Below are positions 26,190-34,476 of a stretch of 64,000 bases of DNA, in pieces. The notes under the pieces were generated by a model. The model did not search any database. It worked only from the letters and a program-made list of their open reading frames with translations, and was not told the DNA's origin. The stretch is from the IMG/VR virus record IMGVR_UViG_3300031775_000001, positions 19,812-83,811 of that record. One strand, given 5' to 3'. Both the position numbers and the translations under genes were made by a program. The DNA comes from a virus. Its lineage: Duplodnaviria > Caudoviricetes. Each line of letters opens with the position of its first letter. Positions within the stretch are counted from its first letter, which is position 1.

Positions 26190-27403
26190 TGAAGCCCCTC
26201 CCTAATGTCTTTAACGAAATTGCGAAAAGTACCTGGGCTCATGCCTAAATACTTAGAAGCTTGGCGAGAATTTCCGTCAAATTGATGATAAGCCTCAAGG
26301 ATATTATGCTTGCAGGAATTCAATTGATGCTCCCTCCTCTTTTTTTTGGCAAAAGAATGATTTTCATTTCTTTTTTTATCCTTCACTTCGTCAAATTCTT
26401 TTTTAAAATTGGGGTAGAAAATCTTTAAGTCTCTGATTACATTAGAAACCCATGCGACACTCATGCCCAACTCCTCGCTTGTCCTGATTTGATGAAAATT
26501 ATTTTTTCTTAGAGCATCCAAAAAAGGAGTTTTTATCTTTTTTAAATTTTCCTCTTTCTTTTTTCTCCATGTCTTTGCTCTTGTTTTTTTAGCTTTATTC
26601 AATACCTCTTCTTTGTTCTTGAAATTAAAAAACTTATGCCCACGAGACTTAAGTGTTTTGACCGCCTCTATATGACCGATCCTTTGGGCTTCAGTATTCT
26701 TTTTTCTCTCTCTGGTTCCGGTTAAAGGATATTCTTTATTCCAATCAACTCCGTCAAACTTTTGCAAATAACGCCTGAAGGCAGATGAACCAATGCCTAA
26801 CTCGTCACCGCAAGCACTTTTATTCCCCTTGTTTTTTTTCATTAACCCTTTAAGGAATTTAGTTTCCATTCCTTTGAAGGTAAGATCCTTTAAAGAAACA
26901 TAAGAATTTTCTCCAAATCGTTTTTTTGCTTCTGGGCTTTTGGGCAAAACACAACCTCTCTTTTTGTCAGAAAACTTTTTTAATCTGGCAATTCTCTCAT
27001 TATTTAATTCTTTGGAAGGGCGCTGTTCCCCCCTTCCCATTGGATGCAAATAACTATATTTCTTATCTTTTTTAAGTTTGAATATTTTATTAAATTCATT
27101 TGGGAAGCTTATCTTCCTTATGTGATCCCAAGTCGAAATAGAGGAACTTAATTTAACCCCGGAAAATCGACTAAATCCCTTATGAAAAAAATAAAATAAT
27201 ATTGAGATTAACTTGATATTCTCATTCTCTTCTGAGATTCTTTTTAGCAGAATTTCTTTAGCCATCTCCCCGGACCTAGCCTTAATGACAGTTCGGTAAT
27301 TCCCTAATAATTTCCCACCGAGCATTTCCGAAAAATGCACAACCCAATATTGGTTGCTAGAAAATTTCTTAAATCTATATTTGTTTTGAATGTTGGATTT
27401 CAT
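26186..27403 (-). CDS. basic protein with three Fis-type HTH motifs, paralog of 24960..26189
   Basis: GNKSACGDELGIGSSAF; NFHQIRTSEELGMSVAW; ILEAYHQFDGNSRQASKYLGMS. Confidence 0.65.
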   Translation of the reverse strand: MKSNIQNKYRFKKFSSNQYWVVHFSEMLGGKLLGNYRTVIKARSGEMAKEILLKRISEENENIKLISILFYFFHKGFSRFSGVKLSSSISTWDHIRKISFPNEFNKIFKLKKDKKYSYLHPMGRGEQRPSKELNNERIARLKKFSDKKRGCVLPKSPEAKKRFGENSYVSLKDLTFKGMETKFLKGLMKKNKGNKSACGDELGIGSSAFRRYLQKFDGVDWNKEYPLTGTRERKKNTEAQRIGHIEAVKTLKSRGHKFFNFKNKEEVLNKAKKTRAKTWRKKKEENLKKIKTPFLDALRKNNFHQIRTSEELGMSVAWVSNVIRDLKIFYPNFKKEFDEVKDKKRNENHSFAKKKRREHQLNSCKHNILEAYHQFDGNSRQASKYLGMSPGTFRNFVKDIREGLQ

Positions 27404-27457
27404 TAAGTCATCAATGAAGATAACTTATTATCGCAAAAAACAATATCTTAGTCAAGT

Positions 27458-27649
27458 TTATAAACCATCATCAGCAAAAAAATCTTCTCCCGGATCAAAA
27501 TCAATTTCCCCTCTTTCCGAAAGTTCTGTCATTTTCTCATGCAACGCGCCCACAATAGTGAAAGTGTTAATATCGAACTCTCTTAGATACCTTTCTATAA
27601 GGTTCTCCAAGTCAAACCTAAATGCGTCTGTTTGTTCATCGAAGTCCAT
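27458..27649 (-). CDS. small acidic hypothetical protein
   Basis: ORF preceded by GTGTAA motif. Confidence 0.65.
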   Translation of the reverse strand: MDFDEQTDAFRFDLENLIERYLREFDINTFTIVGALHEKMTELSERGEIDFDPGEDFFADDGL

Positions 27650-27670
27650 GCCTTATATAATTACACCATA

Positions 27671-27708
27671 AAACAAAAAAGCCGCCCCCTAGAGGACGGC
27701 TTTTGTTT
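27671..27708. terminator. rho-independent terminator (bidirectional)
   Basis: AAAAGCCG...CGGCTTTT stem with A/T tracts on both sides, downstream of 27760..28005. Confidence 0.75.
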
Positions 27709-27759
27709 CTGATCCGATGTTAACCCTTATTACTAATAAGAGAACAACTTCAGCAATGA

Positions 27760-28005
27760 CTACTTGCCTGCCGAATCAGATTGCTTCTGAAGCAATGCAA
27801 CAACAAGGAGCAAGGTAATTAAACCTGCAAGACTTGCCGACTCCCCGACGAAGCCATTGACAATTCCTTGAATGTTAGCAATAACATTCATTCCGGCTTC
27901 TTCACCGAACACAACTTGTGAAAGAACAAGGAGTCCGATGATTGACGTTAATACTGCAAAAAGGCCACCAACGGCGCCTTTGACTGTTTTTACTACGTTA
28001 TCCAT
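27760..28005 (-). CDS. small two-TM membrane protein
   Basis: Two hydrophobic Gly-rich helices. Confidence 0.75.
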   Translation of the reverse strand: MDNVVKTVKGAVGGLFAVLTSIIGLLVLSQVVFGEEAGMNVIANIQGIVNGFVGESASLAGLITLLLVVALLQKQSDSAGK

Positions 28006-28029
28006 AATAATTATTTGTTTTATTTATAT

Positions 28030-28698
28030 TTAGAATTTAACACTCAAGCCAACTCCCCAAAGAGTCTCGCTATCCCTGTCGTCTGTATCAGACAGGGAAA
28101 CATCGGCATAAATGTCAACATTTTCACCAATAGTCTTTGAGGCTGTAACCTTTGCCCCAAGGTAGGTACTGTCATTGGTGGCGCTAGAATCGGTATTTCC
28201 AAGAATACCGGCGATCTCAAGCCCAACCAAATCAATATCTACATCGTAGCTCAATTGGCCCTCGAATGTATAAAGAGCATCCTCTGTATCCCTAAAGACG
28301 CTAATCCTTGGGGACAATGGGAGATTTGCCTGAAGAGACACAAATGCTTCCAAAGAAGATTCCTTTCCGTCAGTATCCGTATTGTACACCCCTAGATAAG
28401 CATCAAAAGAGCTATCAAAAAGAGATGTAGCAACCCCAACAGTGACTTCGCTAGTATCAGAAGCTCCAGTATCGGTGCCATGATTCTTGAGGAAGTCCCC
28501 GAAGACATCCGCCCCCAAAACTTGGGTTGAGAAGCCTATTTGGGCTTGGATTGCTTCTGCAGACAAAACCTCTCCTCTTCGGTGATAATCGGAAGCAAAT
28601 TTAGTTCCGACATTCCCATTGAGAGAAGGCACTTCTGCTGAAGCGGCGTTAACTAATATGGCCCCAAAAAGGGCCGCTGTCATTATGATCTTGTTCAT
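28030..28698 (-). CDS. outer-membrane beta-barrel protein (TIGR02001/gcw_chp-like porin)
   Basis: Sec signal ending ASA, SDYHRRG motif, alternating beta strands, C-terminal Phe (GVGLSVKF). Confidence 0.75.
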   Translation of the reverse strand: MNKIIMTAALFGAILVNAASAEVPSLNGNVGTKFASDYHRRGEVLSAEAIQAQIGFSTQVLGADVFGDFLKNHGTDTGASDTSEVTVGVATSLFDSSFDAYLGVYNTDTDGKESSLEAFVSLQANLPLSPRISVFRDTEDALYTFEGQLSYDVDIDLVGLEIAGILGNTDSSATNDSTYLGAKVTASKTIGENVDIYADVSLSDTDDRDSETLWGVGLSVKF

Positions 28699-28864
28699 AA
28701 GTTTTTATTTAAAACAAAAATTCAAATAATCAATTTTGCAATTCCTGTATAATGCCGTCCCATATAATAACACAAAAAATAAAAAAATTTAACTTTTTTA
28801 TTAAAAAATAATAAATAGAAGTTGTAAAGGGTTGACTGTTAATGTTTAAGAGAAAGGATATTTA

Positions 28865-29074
28865 TCAATTAAAGTCAGAATTTAATTCAGGATCATGTAC
28901 TCCAACCGCATGACCTACATTAAAATTAAATCTATCAATAAAATAAATCATAAATAAAATTGCTATCTCGCACCCAGGAATGACACCTATACCAAGAAAC
29001 AATAAAAGACCAATAACTATATATGGGCAAAATTTATTTAATATGTAATCTAAAACTGGTTGGAAATTATTCAT
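28865..29074 (-). CDS. small membrane protein
   Basis: Hydrophobic; start trimmed to MNNFQP, downstream of TTGACT-16-TATCAT. Confidence 0.6.
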   Translation of the reverse strand: MNNFQPVLDYILNKFCPYIVIGLLLFLGIGVIPGCEIAILFMIYFIDRFNFNVGHAVGVHDPELNSDFN

Positions 29075-29119
29075 GTTTAGGTATAATGATAGCAGATTAA
29101 GAAAGCGAGTCAAGTCTTT

Positions 29120-29314
29120 TTACTCCCGGTACATTATTATAATGTTATTCCCTATTATTCCAGAATGCACTTTTTTCCCTTTTAAGAGGAGAGATAATTC
29201 AAAATCATTTAGTTCTTCAGAATCTACCCCGATAATTCCATCATAAAATTTTTTAATTTCCCTTTTGATGACAAAGTCGTCATTATCGATGACAGATGCG
29301 ATGAATATATGCAA
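29120..29314 (-). CDS. hypothetical protein
   Basis: Co-oriented ORF. Confidence 0.55.
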   Translation of the reverse strand: MHIFIASVIDNDDFVIKREIKKFYDGIIGVDSEELNDFELSLLLKGKKVHSGIIGNNIIIMYRE

Positions 29315-29354
29315 CGTTTCCTTCCGCTATGTGTATGAACAAGAGCTTTATCTG

Positions 29355-29540
29355 TTAATTGTTGGAATAAGTCGCCTCTCTTGCAACATTGGTTCTACCA
29401 GAGATCGCAGTCCTGCCTTCTCTCAACCGATTTATCCAATAAAAAGGCATGGACGCACTCCAGCCAAATGAAAGTATAAGAATATGAAAACCAATAAATA
29501 CCCAAAAATCACTAAAAATAAACTGCAAAACCTCAATCAT
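29355..29540 (-). CDS. small membrane protein
   Basis: FIFSDFWVFIG TM pattern. Confidence 0.6.
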   Translation of the reverse strand: MIEVLQFIFSDFWVFIGFHILILSFGWSASMPFYWINRLREGRTAISGRTNVAREATYSNN

Positions 29541-30024
29541 TATTAGCCTCCGAATTCCTGAGCCATTCCAGTGGATTTCTAATTATATTTATAATGTTAC
29601 TATAAGGCTCAAGGGAATATTTTAAAATCTCCAATACTATAGGCCAATGCCCTCCAGCTTCTCCGCATCCAATTTTATAAGGAATGGCAATCTTAGGCGG
29701 GGAAGAGAGGGTTTCTAGGTAAGCGAGGGCAGAAGAATAGGATTTAAGGAAATGTTCATAATCTAATTTTCTACTCATAGTTTCCTTTTCGCAATATAAG
29801 GAAACTATTAATCCTAATTCAGTCTTATGGCAAAAAAAACCACCTAAAAGAGAATCCCCTCCTTCTGCTACTATTTTTTCGTGTTCAGTGTGCAAAGCGG
29901 GAAATCTATAAGATATTTGTTTCGTAGTATTATTATTTTTCATTTCTCCTGATATGTCACAAGAATGCAAAATAGCACCGGAACCCAAAGGAAATGTTAA
30001 AATATCTCCATCTATTATATCCAT
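29533..30024 (-). CDS. divergent macro domain protein
   Basis: IIDGDIL, ILHSCD, IAIPYKIGCGEAGGHW. Confidence 0.7.
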   Translation of the reverse strand: MDIIDGDILTFPLGSGAILHSCDISGEMKNNNTTKQISYRFPALHTEHEKIVAEGGDSLLGGFFCHKTELGLIVSLYCEKETMSRKLDYEHFLKSYSSALAYLETLSSPPKIAIPYKIGCGEAGGHWPIVLEILKYSLEPYSNIINIIRNPLEWLRNSEANND

Positions 30025-30068
30025 GATATACTCATATTAAGAAAAAGAACCAAAAAATCAAAAAAAAC

Positions 30069-30341
30069 TCACTCATACGCCCAATCTGGCAGTATTAATG
30101 TTGGAGTATTTATGAATTCATGCAAAAAAAACCTATATGCATCATAATCTTGATTCTCTTTTGCCGATTTTATTTCTTGAATATAAATTTTTTGCCATTT
30201 TTTATTATCTTCGGCTTTTTCTATCAAGTTATCTATTCTATCTTGAAGGTCTTTTGATCTTGAGGGCAAAGTATCCTTAGGGGCAGGGTTATGTGTGGAT
30301 ATACATCCACAAAGCAAAAGAAAGGGTAATACTCTAAGCAC
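30069..30341 (-). CDS. putative lipoprotein
   Basis: GTG start, LPFLLLCGC lipobox; GTGTAA motif upstream. Confidence 0.65.
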   Translation of the reverse strand: MLRVLPFLLLCGCISTHNPAPKDTLPSRSKDLQDRIDNLIEKAEDNKKWQKIYIQEIKSAKENQDYDAYRFFLHEFINTPTLILPDWAYE

Positions 30342-30377
30342 ATAATAATATTACACCCATAAAACTTGGTTCAAAAT

Positions 30378-30620
30378 TCAATCGAGACTCATGGGCTCGA
30401 ACCACGCAAAGCATTTTTCCTTATGAATATCATTTTGTACTTGAGTGCAACAATACCCTATTTCAAGCATTCTTTCTACCAATCCAGTAAAATGATCGAT
30501 ATTCATAGAGCATTTTAATTCCTCCACTTCGCATAAAGTATAATCATTAAGCTCTTTTATTTTACTAGAAACAGAAATGTCATCACAAAATTCCTGACAA
30601 ATAGATTGAGCGCTACTCAT
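30378..30620 (-). CDS. hypothetical protein
   Basis: Co-oriented ORF. Confidence 0.6.
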   Translation of the reverse strand: MSSAQSICQEFCDDISVSSKIKELNDYTLCEVEELKCSMNIDHFTGLVERMLEIGYCCTQVQNDIHKEKCFAWFEPMSLD

Positions 30621-30778
30621 TGCTTCTTGGAGTTAGGGCAATCGCAATCAACACAAGATCCAAGGTTGCATTCTGAACACCTACAAATCCGGTCCCCATT
30701 GCACTTGAAGTCCATTTTTGTGTGTTGGCACCCCGAAAATATCAAAAACATTAGAGTCGAAAAATATATTTTACTCAT
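30617..30778 (-). CDS. 53-aa Cys-rich, metallothionein-like putative lipoprotein
   Basis: Manual translation MSKIYFSTLMFLIFSGCQHTKMDFKCNGDRICRCSECNLGSCVDCDCPNSKKQ; ATGA overlap downstream. Confidence 0.65.
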   Translation of the reverse strand: MSKIYFSTLMFLIFSGCQHTKMDFKCNGDRICRCSECNLGSCVDCDCPNSKKQ

Positions 30779-30781
30779 AAA

Positions 30782-30958
30782 TTATTTGGTTTGTTCATGG
30801 TTTAGCGGATTAATATAAAAAGAATCTTTCAGTGATTTGATTTCTTTTGATTTCTTTTTCGGTTTCCATTCTTTCATTATTTTATTCCCATTATGAGGAT
30901 TCCTTTTCGACCCTTCGGCAAACATATTCATGTCTGCTAACTTTCTTTTATTCTTCAT
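30782..30958 (-). CDS. 58-aa basic hypothetical protein
   Basis: Manual translation (MKNKRKLADM...). Confidence 0.5.
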   Translation of the reverse strand: MKNKRKLADMNMFAEGSKRNPHNGNKIMKEWKPKKKSKEIKSLKDSFYINPLNHEQTK

Positions 30959-30977
30959 GGAGAAATGATTAAAATAC

Positions 30978-31919
30978 TTAGGAGTCGCTATTTAAAGCTA
31001 CAATTAATCTTTTTCCCTTCGTGGTTATTTTTCGCTTCGTATCAATTTCCATAAGATTTTGACGAATGAGGTATTTTTCATGATCGCAACGCAAAGCAGT
31101 TGAACTTAATCCAGTCTTAGCCGCCAACATACTCAAAGTACAAGCACCCTTCTCATTGAGAATTTCTAAAACTTCCCTTTCTGTACATGTAATACCTTTT
31201 GGTAAAACACCCAAAGTGTCACGAAATTCATCGTATTGCTTCATGCCGAATCTTCTAATACCCTTTGAAACGCAATAAAGAATAACATTCTTTGCTGTCA
31301 TGACCGCATTGCGAGCATTGCCTCTAACCGTGTCACTCAAGAGTTCTAGAGCTTCACTATTGTATTGAACCTCTTCAGAGCTTTTACGTAAGATTTGTGC
31401 TAAATGATGCCCTTTGTAAGGCTCAAAATCAATAGGAGTCAACCTATCTTTAAGGGGAGGGAATAATTTGTCGCTTTCTGTCGTAGCAAAGAAGAAAGTA
31501 TTTTTCCTCATATCAAATACATAGTTGTCTCCTTGCCAATTATAAGAAACCGTCTGTTTTGCACCGGTATCCAGTATTGTCAATAATGCCATCATTATAT
31601 CCCTAGGAAGCTCATGAGCCTCATCGAAAAATATAGTAACACTATTATCAAGTACTACAGGCAAAATAATTTGCTCAAAGAATTGATTTACATTCTTCAA
31701 GCTAGAGCAATTGATCTCCACCATCGCCCTTTGACTGCCATCCACATTCTTTAATGAAGCTGCGAATTTTCTAGCGAAAATTGTCTTCCCTAACCCCTTT
31801 GCACCGACAAACAATAAATACGGAGCGGAACTCGTTTTATTAAAAGCATCCAAATAGAAATTAAGTTTCTTTTTGACATTTGACTGCCCAACTAACCCCT
31901 TAAATATATTATTTTTCAT
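30978..31919 (-). CDS. ruvB: RuvB-like Holliday-junction branch-migration AAA+ ATPase
   Basis: LVGQ..VKKKL, GAKGLGKT, FFDEAH, FATTE...PLKDR, RGNARNA, C-terminal wHTH; start trimmed to MKNNIF. Confidence 0.8.
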   Translation of the reverse strand: MKNNIFKGLVGQSNVKKKLNFYLDAFNKTSSAPYLLFVGAKGLGKTIFARKFAASLKNVDGSQRAMVEINCSSLKNVNQFFEQIILPVVLDNSVTIFFDEAHELPRDIMMALLTILDTGAKQTVSYNWQGDNYVFDMRKNTFFFATTESDKLFPPLKDRLTPIDFEPYKGHHLAQILRKSSEEVQYNSEALELLSDTVRGNARNAVMTAKNVILYCVSKGIRRFGMKQYDEFRDTLGVLPKGITCTEREVLEILNEKGACTLSMLAAKTGLSSTALRCDHEKYLIRQNLMEIDTKRKITTKGKRLIVALNSDS

Positions 31920-31920
31920 A

Positions 31921-32211
31921 TTATTCTTCTCCGTTAAATATTTTAAAATCAACCTTGTCTTCAGGCACAGAAGGATCATCCTCATGGGACTTAAGGGGTA
32001 TATCAGGGCATGAGCTCAACGAATTGAGATCAGGAGCCTCGATTTTGAAACCCAAAGACTCTAGCCATACTCGGCTGATAGTCATTGGGACTTGTTCGCT
32101 TATATATCCTTTAAGGTCTGAGAAGCGAACCTTGACGAAAGAATTCGCACCCTTCTTTTTTCCGCCTCTTTTGCGAGGGGACTCATTTTTTTTAATAACT
32201 GCTTGATTCAT
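31921..32211 (-). CDS. basic hypothetical protein
   Basis: RGGKKKGANSFVKV pattern. Confidence 0.7.
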   Translation of the reverse strand: MNQAVIKKNESPRKRGGKKKGANSFVKVRFSDLKGYISEQVPMTISRVWLESLGFKIEAPDLNSLSSCPDIPLKSHEDDPSVPEDKVDFKIFNGEE

Positions 32212-32266
32212 AACCCATATTATTATTCAATATGGTTCACTAGTCAAGAAGTTTTTTAAAGAAAAT

Positions 32267-32509
32267 TTAGTCTATTTCAATGCCGTCGCCCTTACTGGGA
32301 GACTCCATTTCCTCGGACTTATAAACGACAAGATCTGGAGCCCTATCATTTGCTTTGTTCTTATTGGAAAAAATAATGACCTTTGAGCCATCAATATGAC
32401 CAGAGTAAAACTTCATTCCTGCCTTACTCTCCTTGAGCCACAATGCCCCAAGCTCTCTTTTCTTCCATTCGGATTCTTGCTCCGTACTTTCTGAATCTTT
32501 ATCACTCAT
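32267..32509 (-). CDS. DUF736-like protein
   Basis: ELGALWLKESKAGMKFYSG...RAPDLVVY. Confidence 0.65.
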   Translation of the reverse strand: MSDKDSESTEQESEWKKRELGALWLKESKAGMKFYSGHIDGSKVIIFSNKNKANDRAPDLVVYKSEEMESPSKGDGIEID

Positions 32510-32514
32510 GATTA

Positions 32515-32697
32515 TCACCCTTTGTTTGTTTGGTTATTAGAATAAAATTTTTCAAGAAGGTCGAGAAAATCCTTTCTCCCTTCTTCGCTAAGTTTTTTGT
32601 ATTGATTCTTCGCCCTATCGTAATCGCGTTTTACAAAACCCAATTCTGCATTTGACGTGATTATCTTTCTGATTTTTTTTGAAACCCTTGCGTTCAC
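32515..32697 (-). CDS. basic hypothetical protein
   Basis: GTG start behind a consensus promoter. Confidence 0.65.
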   Translation of the reverse strand: MNARVSKKIRKIITSNAELGFVKRDYDRAKNQYKKLSEEGRKDFLDLLEKFYSNNQTNKG

Positions 32698-32711
32698 TTT
32701 TCGTTGCTCTT

Positions 32712-32740
32712 ATTATAAGATATTGATACTAAAATGTCAA
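32712..32740 (-). promoter_or_regulatory. consensus sigma70 promoter
   Basis: TTGACA-17-TATAAT. Confidence 0.8.
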
Positions 32741-32745
32741 CTAAA

Positions 32746-32910
32746 TTATCTGCCATAATATGGGTCTTTTCTTCTTTTTCTGCGCATGTAATCCCTTTTC
32801 TGCTTGCGCCTTCTTTCCGGGTCTCTATCGTCATAAGCCTTACGCGCGCGCACAAGAGCTTCTTTACCTTTGTCTGTCTGAAAGTAATCTTTTTGATGTT
32901 TATCATTCAT
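32746..32910 (-). CDS. 54-aa Arg/Lys-rich protein
   Basis: Manual translation MNDKHQKDYFQTDKGKEALVRARKAYDDRDPERRRKQKRDYMRRKRRKDPYYGR; better fit than track ORF 32694..32906. Confidence 0.6.
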   Translation of the reverse strand: MNDKHQKDYFQTDKGKEALVRARKAYDDRDPERRRKQKRDYMRRKRRKDPYYGR

Positions 32911-32974
32911 ATATCGTCCACCCCCAGTGGAAAACCTGTCGAATATTTTTTTTTGAAATTGAAGTATTCAAGGT

Positions 32975-33538
32975 TTAGCGAAATTCCTTTTGAAGTAATC
33001 TCCAGCGATCACTGTCGATCTCTTTCTCTCCAGAATCTATATCTTTAATCATTCCCACCACTTCTTCAATGGAATCATAAATATATTTATGGGGGAACAT
33101 TGCAAGCATCCATAAAGGAGTTTTATCCTTCCCCCCTTCCATACTAACAAAAATAGGCTTCTTCATGCGAACTGCTGTTGTAATTTCTTCTGCACTCCCC
33201 CAGCTTGCAACCTCCGGAACTAAATGAGCTATAATAAAATCAGAACGGTCCACCAGATTTAAATCATAAGATCTGACCGTCTTCATTCTTTTGGTAGCCT
33301 CATCATAGTAACCCTTTTCCATCATTTTTAGAAGCTCCACCCGGACTGCCTCATCTTCGTCAACATCCTTTACGAAGGGTTTTTTATAAGGATCAAACAC
33401 TGTTATATTAATACCCTCTAATTCTTCCCCCACATAATCCCTCCAATTTCTTCCACTTGCATACTGCATGTGACCAACTAAGTAAGTTTTAGTCTTACTT
33501 AGAAGGTTGGGATGCTTTTTCTTGATGTATTTATCCAT
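32975..33538 (-). CDS. nucleoside 2-deoxyribosyltransferase-like protein
   Basis: YLVGHM, VFDP, DLNLVDRSDFIIA, SWGSAEE. Confidence 0.75.
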   Translation of the reverse strand: MDKYIKKKHPNLLSKTKTYLVGHMQYASGRNWRDYVGEELEGINITVFDPYKKPFVKDVDEDEAVRVELLKMMEKGYYDEATKRMKTVRSYDLNLVDRSDFIIAHLVPEVASWGSAEEITTAVRMKKPIFVSMEGGKDKTPLWMLAMFPHKYIYDSIEEVVGMIKDIDSGEKEIDSDRWRLLQKEFR

Positions 33539-33728
33539 CCACCTCGGGAGTATGCCAAAGCCTTATTATGCACCATATCGTTAGCCCTATGGATGCGAGT
33601 TGGATTGCCCAACTGTACAATCCGGTCATCGGAATTTGATTATAGCCATGCCAAAAACCCCAGCAGAATGTGAATACAAACCAAACTGTCCATAGTTTGG
33701 CGAGTTGTTTATTTGTTAATTTTGCCAT
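33531..33728 (-). CDS. two-TM membrane protein
   Basis: Two Trp-rich hydrophobic helices. Confidence 0.65.
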   Translation of the reverse strand: MAKLTNKQLAKLWTVWFVFTFCWGFWHGYNQIPMTGLYSWAIQLASIGLTIWCIIRLWHTPEVDG

Positions 33729-33732
33729 ATTA

Positions 33733-34476
33733 TTATTTTTGTTTTAAAGTTGCAAGAATCTTTCTCACATCCTTAGGATCAATAGATTTGAAATTCGCCC
33801 ATTCTCCTTGGTCTAAGTTATTTAACTTTCCATTGGATTGTAGCTCAGAAATTTTTATTTTAAAATCATCAAAAGAACAAACACCGATATTATTACAAAA
33901 TAACTCTAAAGTCCCATGAGGGTCAATCATCTTATTGCTTGTTGAGATTGGCTCTGATCGAGATACTGGAGCCTTACCCCTTAAGGAGGCGAGTTCATCT
34001 TTCCCTACGATATTAATATTCAAGAAATTTCTAACAGCCCTAACGAATGCCCTGTTCTCTGCTATGGGGGCCAAATAATGAACACCTCCTATAGCTGATG
34101 TATTGCCGAAAGAGGCATCCGCGATAGAAGAAAAGCTTATCTCTTGTTCTGCTGTCTCAAAGTTAGGAATCCACTTGATTGTACAGGTAACTACTACGTA
34201 TTCTTGAGAAGGGGCCGATACTGAATAATCAATTGAGCTATACCCTCTGATGCGAGCCAATTCCTTTATTCCTCCCAGTAAAATACATAAATCCCTATCT
34301 TCCATCTTGGAAACATCTGTTTCTGTAATACCTTTTCCAGGATTAGGGTATAGCCATTTGTCTTTGACCATTTTTCTCCAATCAATCAAGCCATCTTGGC
34401 TAAAGATATACTTTGTCCCGATAAGCAATCCTTTCTTGTCTCTCCTTGGGGAGTTATTATCGTTTTCAAGTATCAT
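33733..34476 (-). CDS. Rad52/Sak-like single-strand annealing protein (tentative)
   Basis: LLGGIKELARIRG, VVVTCTIKW, IAENRAFVRAVRNFLNI. Confidence 0.5.
   Translation of the reverse strand: MILENDNNSPRRDKKGLLIGTKYIFSQDGLIDWRKMVKDKWLYPNPGKGITETDVSKMEDRDLCILLGGIKELARIRGYSSIDYSVSAPSQEYVVVTCTIKWIPNFETAEQEISFSSIADASFGNTSAIGGVHYLAPIAENRAFVRAVRNFLNINIVGKDELASLRGKAPVSRSEPISTSNKMIDPHGTLELFCNNIGVCSFDDFKIKISELQSNGKLNNLDQGEWANFKSIDPKDVRKILATLKQK

Noticed and set aside
32694-32906. Track ORF of 70 aa
   Set aside because: Runs over a consensus promoter; frame 32746..32910 fits better.
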